NCBI GenBank assembly: GCA_964016885.1
Contig: OZ024747.1
Coordinates: 17,422,001-17,486,000 of the forward strand
Reading direction: 5' to 3'
DNA from: Eledone cirrhosa
Taxonomy: Eukaryota
Length of the DNA: 64,000 bases
Shown: piece by piece, positions 55,430 to 64,000 of the stretch
Position numbering within the stretch: position 1 is the stretch's first letter
Layout of the letters: each line of letters begins with the position of its first letter
Translations under genes and position numbers: made by a program
Notes under the pieces: generated by a model
Database searches by the model: none
The model's input: only the letters and a program-made list of their open reading frames with translations
Told to the model about the DNA's origin: nothing

Positions 55430-56068
55430 TGTGCTTGCAATCACCTGCGCATCAGCGTTTCCTTGAGGCTCGGCCTCCGGATCTGCGAGACACACCAATG
55501 TCGCTGCGGATCCACCGTGGACTCTTTCGGCCTCCACCCGTTTTCCTGTCACCACAGTGCCGACCGCCTTCCAGGCCATGCTGCCCTCAACGAGGTCATA
55601 AAGCATGGCTTGGACGCTGCGCGCTTCCTTTCCCAGATCGAGCCGGTGGGGCTGGACCGAGGGGTCGGCAAAAGGCCAGATGGCATGACCACCTTCCCGT
55701 TCCGCAGTGGCAAACCCCTCGTCTGGGGGGCTACATGCACCGACACTTTCTGCAGCCGCAACCTGGTGCAGTCTGCGACTAACCCAGGTTCTGCTGTACG
55801 TCGGGCTGAGGAGGCCAAGCTCCTCAAATACCGGTCGCTCTCCGACAAGTTTGCGGTTGTACGCCTGGCAGTGGATACTTCTGGTGTCCTCGGCCCCAGG
55901 GCTACCTCCCTACTCACCACCATAGCGGCTGAGCTGGCCAGCTGTAGGTGTGAACCCCGCGAGTTGGAGTGGCTTTTCCAACGCGTCTCTCTTGCCGTCC
56001 TCCGTGGGAACGCCTTCTCCATCCTGTCCGCCGGGGCTGTGTGTGTGGGGCGGGGAGACATCGCATAA
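55430..56068 (+). mobile_element. CRE-clade non-LTR retrotransposon 3' fragment (CCHC zinc knuckle + restriction-like PD-(D/E)xK endonuclease)
   Basis: LRLGLRICETHQCRCG..VD..GLH..SC...H..LNE; EP.GL.RG.GKRPDGMT..P..SGKPLVW.ATCTDT; AEEAKLLKY; WLFQRVSLAVLRGNA. Confidence 0.82.
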
Positions 56069-56279
56069 CATTTCATATTTAGGTATCCAGATTAATGGTT
56101 TTGATATACACACCACTTGTACAATTAAGCATGTCCGGCCAAATACTTAAATATACATACATATCAACATTTATACAAATTCCCCGTCCTCAATCTAACC
56201 CTCACCCCCACACCCCGTGTCTTCCATTGTATAAATTCGTATTCCTCAATTAATCAGCCTTCCCCTGAGTCTCCCTTTA

Positions 56280-56440
56280 TTTTATACTGCTATTAAATGT
56301 TAGGTCTTGTCTGGTGACCTGTGATAAACAGACGAAATTCCAGAACAACAAGAGTCATTATTTGACCTTAATAAAATAAATATTTAAATACTTCGGTATT
56401 GAGTACTCTTTTTATCTCAGCCGTCAGCCACATACAGATA
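56280..56440 (+). mobile_element. PLE remnant: degenerate hammerhead (56305-56353) plus tail
   Basis: tcttgt CTGgTGA cctgtgataaacagac GAAA ttc ca gaa cA acaaga; tACTt cggta TT GAGTAC 56389-56406. Confidence 0.5.
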
Positions 56441-57519
56441 TATAATACACACACACATATATATATATATACATATATTTTATATATATATATATATATA
56501 TACTTTATATATATATATAGTCCTCTTTTTTGTCGTCGTCCTTTTCACTTTCTCGCCCACCCGAGGCAGCCCCTCGGTCCTTTGTAGCCTCAGTACCCCC
56601 ACCCCCTATTCTATGATAGAATTGGCCGACTCCGCTTTTTATAGCAGATGTGTTAGACCCCGGATACTTGCCTTCTTATCCGATGGCTGCCCCTTTTCCG
56701 TGCTTTCTATATTTCTTAGTGGTATCTTTGCTTTAATTTCTCGTATATTAGGGGGGGGGGGTTGCGGGGAGGGGGGGGGGGGGCGATTCTGAATTAATTT
56801 TCCGTATCAAATTTTACATATACTTCGTACGAGCATTTATGTAGTTTGCACTAGAATTTTTGTATCGTGGCGGCACCCTTAGAGATAGTATTAGTATTCT
56901 TTTTCGGGATTCTGAATTATTATTTCGTATTAGTTTATTTTTTTGGCACTGGGTGGTTGCTGACCTTGTGCCTGGGGTAGAAACCTTTATTTCGTATTGG
57001 TTTCGGGGCTCTGAATTATTATTTCGTGGTAGTTTCTTTAGTATTTTGGCCCCCCACTTGTTGACCCGTCACCGTAAGATATACTCGGTTGATTACTTAT
57101 ACCTCTTAAAAGGGCCTCATTATAATTCCGTCCCACCTAGTAAACCTTTCTTTAGTCTAGCAGTACCAGTGAGAGACTTGATAGCTGTCCTTAGGTTATA
57201 GTAACCAGAAATTGTTTTTTTATATTTAAATGTTTTTTTAACATTCTCGGTATTTCTCTAATCCTAAGGATAAGAAGTCAAGAGAAGTATACTAGGGAAG
57301 GGGAGGGGGAGGAAGTCGAAACAATAAGTGAAACAATATAGGATTCTGCGGTAGTTGTCACTATCAACGCACGATTGGGTTTCCTCCACTCCCTCTCCCT
57401 CTTTCTTCTACTGGCAATTTCAGCTACCCCTTCCCTCCACAAATTGCCATGATAGAATTAAGTGTCTCAACAACAAACTTTTGACCAATCCTTATGACAA
57501 TAACTTTTACCATATATGG

Positions 57520-57633
57520 AATTATCCCCTGAGAAGCTCGGCTATTCATATACCAGGATAAAAATGTTCATTTAGTCCGGAATTAGCCGTCGAAAAGGCT
57601 TGAGCTCAGCCGTCGGGGTCCTACTCGTTCCTA
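57520..57633 (+). mobile_element. Family F2 tail-less arm with a degenerate hammerhead
   Basis: ccc CTGAgaA ..cggcta ttc...gaattagccg tc GAAA aggct tgagctc agccg TC gggg; ends at gttccta|(TA)n, like 26950. Confidence 0.6.
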
Positions 57634-57736
57634 TATATATACGTATATATATATATATATATACATACATATACTTTATATATATATACATATACATATA
57701 TATATATATATATATACTTTATATATATATACATAT

Positions 57737-57793
<57 letters not shown>

Positions 57794-57909
57794 GTATATA
57801 TATACTTTATATATATATACATATATATATACATATACTTTATATATATATACATATATATATACATATACTTTATATATATATACATATATATATACAT
57901 ATACTTTAT

Positions 57910-57940
<31 letters not shown>

Positions 57941-57942
57941 AT

Positions 57943-57973
<31 letters not shown>

Positions 57974-58228
57974 ATATATATATACATATATATATATATA
58001 TACATATACTTATATATATATACATAATATATATACATATACTTTATATATATATATATATATACATATATACATATACTTTATATATATATATATATAC
58101 ATATATTTTATATATAAATAATATATATATATTATATATACATATATACATATACTTTATATATATATCCATATATATATATATACATATACTTTATATA
58201 TATGATATATATATTATTATTATGGTAT

Positions 58229-58259
<31 letters not shown>

Positions 58260-58263
58260 CTTT

Positions 58264-58294
<31 letters not shown>

Positions 58295-58356
58295 CTTTAT
58301 ATATATATACATATACTTTATATGTATATATATATATATACATATACATATACTTT

Positions 58357-58387
<31 letters not shown>

Positions 58388-58998
58388 CTTTATATATATA
58401 TATATATATACATATACATTTACTTTATATATATATTTATATACATATACATATACTTTATATATATATATATATACATATACTTTATATATATATATAT
58501 ATACATATACTTTATATATATATATATATACATATACTTTATATATATATACATATACATATACTTTATATATATATACATATACATATACTTTATATAT
58601 ATATACATATACATATACTTTATATATATATACATATACATATACTTTATATATATATACATATACATATACTTTATATATATATACATATACATATACT
58701 TTATATAAATATACATATACATATACTTTATATATATATACATATACATATACTTTATATACATATATATACATATACATATATACATATATTTTATATA
58801 TATATATATATACATATAAATACATGTACATATACATATATACATATATTTTATATATATATATACATATATATACATATACATATATATATATACATAT
58901 ATTTTATATATATATATATATTTATACATATACACATATATACATATATTTTATATAAATATATATATACATATATATACATATACATACATATATTT

Positions 58999-59062
<64 letters not shown>

Positions 59063-59108
59063 CATATATATTTTATATATATATATATACATATATACAT
59101 ATATATTT

Positions 59109-59140
<32 letters not shown>
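57634..59140. repeat. Degenerate (TA)n array with TACTTTA / TACA units
   Basis: Directly visible. Confidence 0.97.
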
Positions 59141-59142
<2 letters not shown>

Positions 59143-59718
59143 AAATATTTAAAAAATAATGAATAAAACAATGAAACAGTTCCTTATATTAAACAAAAAA
59201 AGTTCATTATTTAACGATCGTTTCTGGGATATATATGTGTTAGAATTGGAATGTATATTTAACAGATCTATGTACAAAATTATACAAAATTATACAAACT
59301 ATCAAAATTAAATATACATACCAACTCATATATATGCCGTCTTCAGAAAAAAAATTTTCTGAAGACGGCAAAAATTTTTTCTGAAGACGGCATATATATA
59401 AGTTGGTATGTATATTTAATTTTGATAGTTTGTATAATTTTGTATAATTTTGTACATAGATCTGTTAAATATACATGCCAATTCTAACACATATATATCC
59501 CAGAAACGATCGTTAAATAATGAACTTTTTTTGTTTAATATAAGGAACTGTTTCATTGTTTTATTCATTATTTTTTAAATATTTTATCTTGACTCTGTAT
59601 TCCGTTTATCTTTCACCGAAAGTGATTTTTCATTGCATCTCTTCTTTCCATGATATCCGGATTACATTGAGTTCTTCATACGGATTGGACACTACCGTAA
59701 ACTCTTGGTAGATTTATC

Positions 59719-59721
<3 letters not shown>
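59141..59721. mobile_element. Fold-back element family F1, complete copy with tail; hammerheads on both arms (plus strand 59375-59520)
   Basis: Arms ~59141-59350 / 59375-59586, with a tandem duplication of aaaattttctgaagacggc at the turn. ACTC 59592 tgtattccg...cggattaca TT GAGTTC 59674. Confidence 0.85.
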
Positions 59722-59768
<47 letters not shown>

Positions 59769-59836
59769 AATACATATACATATATTTTATATATATATAT
59801 ATATACATATATATAAATACATATACATATATTTCA

Positions 59837-59872
<36 letters not shown>

Positions 59873-60046
59873 CATATACTTTATATATACATATATATAT
59901 ATACATATACTTTATATATACATATAATTTATATATACATATATATACATACATATACTTTATATATACATATATATATACATATACTTTATATATACAT
60001 ATAATTTATATATACATATATATACATACATATAATTTATATATAC

Positions 60047-60093
<47 letters not shown>

Positions 60094-60249
60094 TACATAT
60101 ATATATACATATACATATATATACATATACATATACATATACATACATATACATATATATAAATTATATATATATATATATGAATTATATATATATATAT
60201 ATATATATAAATTATATATATATATATAAATACATATACATATATTTCA

Positions 60250-60283
<34 letters not shown>

Positions 60284-60952
60284 CATATACTTTATATATA
60301 CGTATATATATATATATACTTTATATATATATATATATACTTTATATATATATATATATACTTTATATATATATATATATACTTTATATATATATATATA
60401 TACTTTATATATATATATATACTTTATATATATATATATATATATACACTTTATATATATACTTTATATATATATATATATACTTTATATATATATACTT
60501 TATATATATATATATATATACACTTTATATATATACTTTATATATATATATATATACTTTATATATATATACTTTATATATATATATATACACTTTATAT
60601 ATATACTTTATATATATATATATACACTTTATATATATACTTTATATATATATATATACACTTTATATATATACACTTTATATATATATATATACACTTT
60701 ATATATATTCTTTATATATATATATACTTTATATATATATATATATACTTTATATATATATATACTTTATATATATATATATAATTTATATATATATATA
60801 TATATATATAATTTATATATATATATATATATATAATTTATATATATATATATATAATTTATATATATATATATATATAATTTATATATATATATATATA
60901 TAATTTATATATATATATATATATAATTTATATATATATATATATATATATA

Positions 60953-60995
<43 letters not shown>

Positions 60996-61113
60996 ATATA
61001 TATATATATATATACTTTATATATATACTTTATATATATATATATATACTTTATATATATATATATATATATTTTATATATATATATATATATATTTTAT
61101 ATATATATATATA

Positions 61114-61153
<40 letters not shown>

Positions 61154-61259
61154 TTTATATATATATATATATATATATACTTTATATATATATATATATA
61201 TATATACTTTATATATATATATATATATATATACTTTATATATATATATATATATATAT

Positions 61260-61291
<32 letters not shown>

Positions 61292-61431
61292 CTTTATATA
61301 TATATATATATATACTTTATATATATATATATATAAAGTATATATATATATATATATACTTTATATATATATACTTTATATATATATATATATAAAGTAT
61401 ATATATATATATATATACTTTATATATATAT

Positions 61432-61463
<32 letters not shown>

Positions 61464-61892
61464 CTTTATATATATATATATATACTTTATATATATATAT
61501 ATATACACTTTATATATATATATATATATATACTTTATATATATATATATATATACTTTATATATATATATATATATACTTTATATATATATATATATGT
61601 ACTTTATATATATATATATATATACTTTATATATATATATATATGTACTTTATATATATATATATATATACTTTATATATATATATATACTTTATATATA
61701 TATATATATGTACTTTATATATATATATATATATATACTTTTTATATATATATACTTTATATATATATATATATGTACTTTATATATATATATATATGTA
61801 CTTTATATATATATATATACTTTATATATATATATACTTTATATATATATATACTTTATATATATACTTTATATATATATATACTTTATATA

Positions 61893-61926
<34 letters not shown>

Positions 61927-62010
61927 CTTTATATATATATATATATATACTTTATATATATATATATATATATAATTTATATATATATAATTTATATATA
62001 TATATATATA

Positions 62011-62047
<37 letters not shown>

Positions 62048-62376
62048 ATATATATATATATATAATTTATATATATATATATATAATTTATATATATATA
62101 TATATAATTTATATATATATATATATAATTTATATATATATATATATAATTTATATATATATATATATATAATTTATATATATATATATATATAATTTAT
62201 ATATATATATATATATATAATTTATATATATACTTTATATATATACTTTATATATATATATATATATAATTTATATATATATATATATATATAATTTATA
62301 TATATATATATATATATAATTTATATATATATATATATATAATTTATATATATATATATATATACTTTATATATAT

Positions 62377-62415
<39 letters not shown>

Positions 62416-62515
62416 TTTATATATATATATATACTTTATATATATATATACACTATATATATATATACTTTATATATATATATATATATATATATACTTT
62501 ATATATATATATATA

Positions 62516-62559
<44 letters not shown>

Positions 62560-62635
62560 TTTATATATATATATACATTATATATATATATATATACTTT
62601 ATATATATATATATACTTTATATATAAATATATAT

Positions 62636-62670
<35 letters not shown>

Positions 62671-62685
62671 TTTATATATATATAT

Positions 62686-62731
<46 letters not shown>

Positions 62732-62807
62732 TTTATGTATATATATACATTATATATATATATATATACTTTATATATATATATATACTTTATATATAAA
62801 TATATAT

Positions 62808-62848
<41 letters not shown>

Positions 62849-63147
62849 TTTATATATATATATCATTTTTATATATATATATATATACTTTATATATATA
62901 TATATATATATACTTTATATATATATATATATACTTTATATATATATATATATATACTTTATATATATATATATATATACTTTATATATATATATATATA
63001 TATATATACTTATATATATATATATATATACTTATATATATATATATATACTTATATATATATATACTTATATATATATATATATACTTTATATATATAT
63101 ATATACTTTATATATATATATAAATAAAATGTATATATATATATATA
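59722..63147. repeat. 3.4-kb degenerate (TA)n array (TACTTTA, TAATTTA, TACA units) flanked by direct repeat ATTTATCTAC
   Basis: ATTTATCTAC at 59712-59721 and 63148-63157. Confidence 0.95.
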
Positions 63148-63272
63148 ATTTATCTACCAACTCATAATATTATAATATAAAATTAAATCAAAAATTGAAG
63201 TGAAGTCATTCTTTTCCTTTTTATTTAAATATACCTAACTGTCCCAAGGTTCTCACACATTTTCCAATATAA

Positions 63273-63308
<36 letters not shown>

Positions 63309-63339
63309 TTATATAGTGAGAGAGAGATAAAATGTGTAG

Positions 63340-63402
63340 CAACAGGAGCGGTGCCCCAGCATGGCCTCAGCCGGATCGCTGGAACAAAGAGTAAACGAGT
63401 AT
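63340..63402 (+). mobile_element. SINE 3' fragment
   Basis: gcggtgccccagcatggcc.cag...ctggaacaa.gagtaaa, resembling a SINE terminus; by-eye match only. Confidence 0.4.
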
Positions 63403-64000
63403 ATATACATACATAAATATATATATACATACATGTTTGAAAATGATATATACATACATAAATACTTATACATATATATAACTTATACATATATTATACT
63501 AACGATCATCAACACTACACAAATTTATCGTAAATATTGATTTAGTATATGATGCAAACCCAAAATAAGGTATTTTATTCCTGTATAATAATCTCGTATT
63601 CAACAAACATAATCTGAACAAAATCTAAGTGCATAACTTTAGATTCGTTAGCAATTTATTTTGGTTTTTTGTTCTATTGCTTTCACCCATCTGATCATAA
63701 ATTGACTTCCGATAAATTCAGATGGGTTTCAGCCGACAGCGGTTCAGGTCATCGCTAATTCACTAGCAACACCTAGTAGTAGTAACGGATAAGCGAAGAA
63801 ATATATCATTTCAGAGATCCTTTTGCTAGGTGAACTTAGCAATCCAGGTGAAAATCGATAAGTGATGAAAATAGTAAAGTGTTTTGCTGTCAGTTTTCTA
63901 TGGTAAATATCAAAATAAAACCAGGCCAATTTAGAATATCAGCAGCTTATTTGAGATGTTGTAAATACGTTTTCAAATCTCCGTTTCCTTAAAGTAAGAC

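Noticed and set aside
56780-57040. Three spaced copies of ~ctgaattattatttcgt
   Set aside because: Short degenerate repeats within an unclassified repeat region; insufficient evidence for function.
57634-63147. CRISPR-like or coded periodicity in the punctuated TA arrays
   Set aside because: No unique spacers and no fixed repeat length; eukaryotic context.

Overview
AT-rich, repeat-dominated animal DNA with one 200-N gap. The SINE families and (TA)n load suggest a cephalopod such as Octopus (inference). There is no confidently identifiable host gene, only one possible coding exon near 52.6-52.8 kb. Main contents: (1) a head-to-tail stack of Tx1-clade non-LTR retrotransposons (two near-full-length copies of different subfamilies plus two fragments, 4.9-17.0 kb), every copy inserted in the same orientation into (GATA)n; (2) a decayed Penelope-like element (PLE: RT + C-terminal GIY-YIG, Naiad-like) at 33.8-35.9 kb; (3) at least 15 short, non-coding, (TA)n-flanked elements from several sequence-unrelated families that share one architecture: a fold-back inverted repeat, a type I hammerhead ribozyme, and a 3' tail beginning with a conserved bulged stem ACTC-[hairpin]-NN-GAGT (with a compensatory GCTC/GAGC variant). 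The tail-less arm ends about 4-6 nt upstream of that stem in every copy where this can be checked, which suggests a shared RNA signal fixing the reverse-transcription start; (4) multi-kb degenerate (TA)n arrays, one flanked by a 10-bp direct repeat; (5) tRNA-derived SINEs and RTE- and CRE-clade LINE fragments. Almost all Y/I/M/C-rich ORFs in the track are microsatellite artefacts. All structures were read by eye and need computational confirmation.
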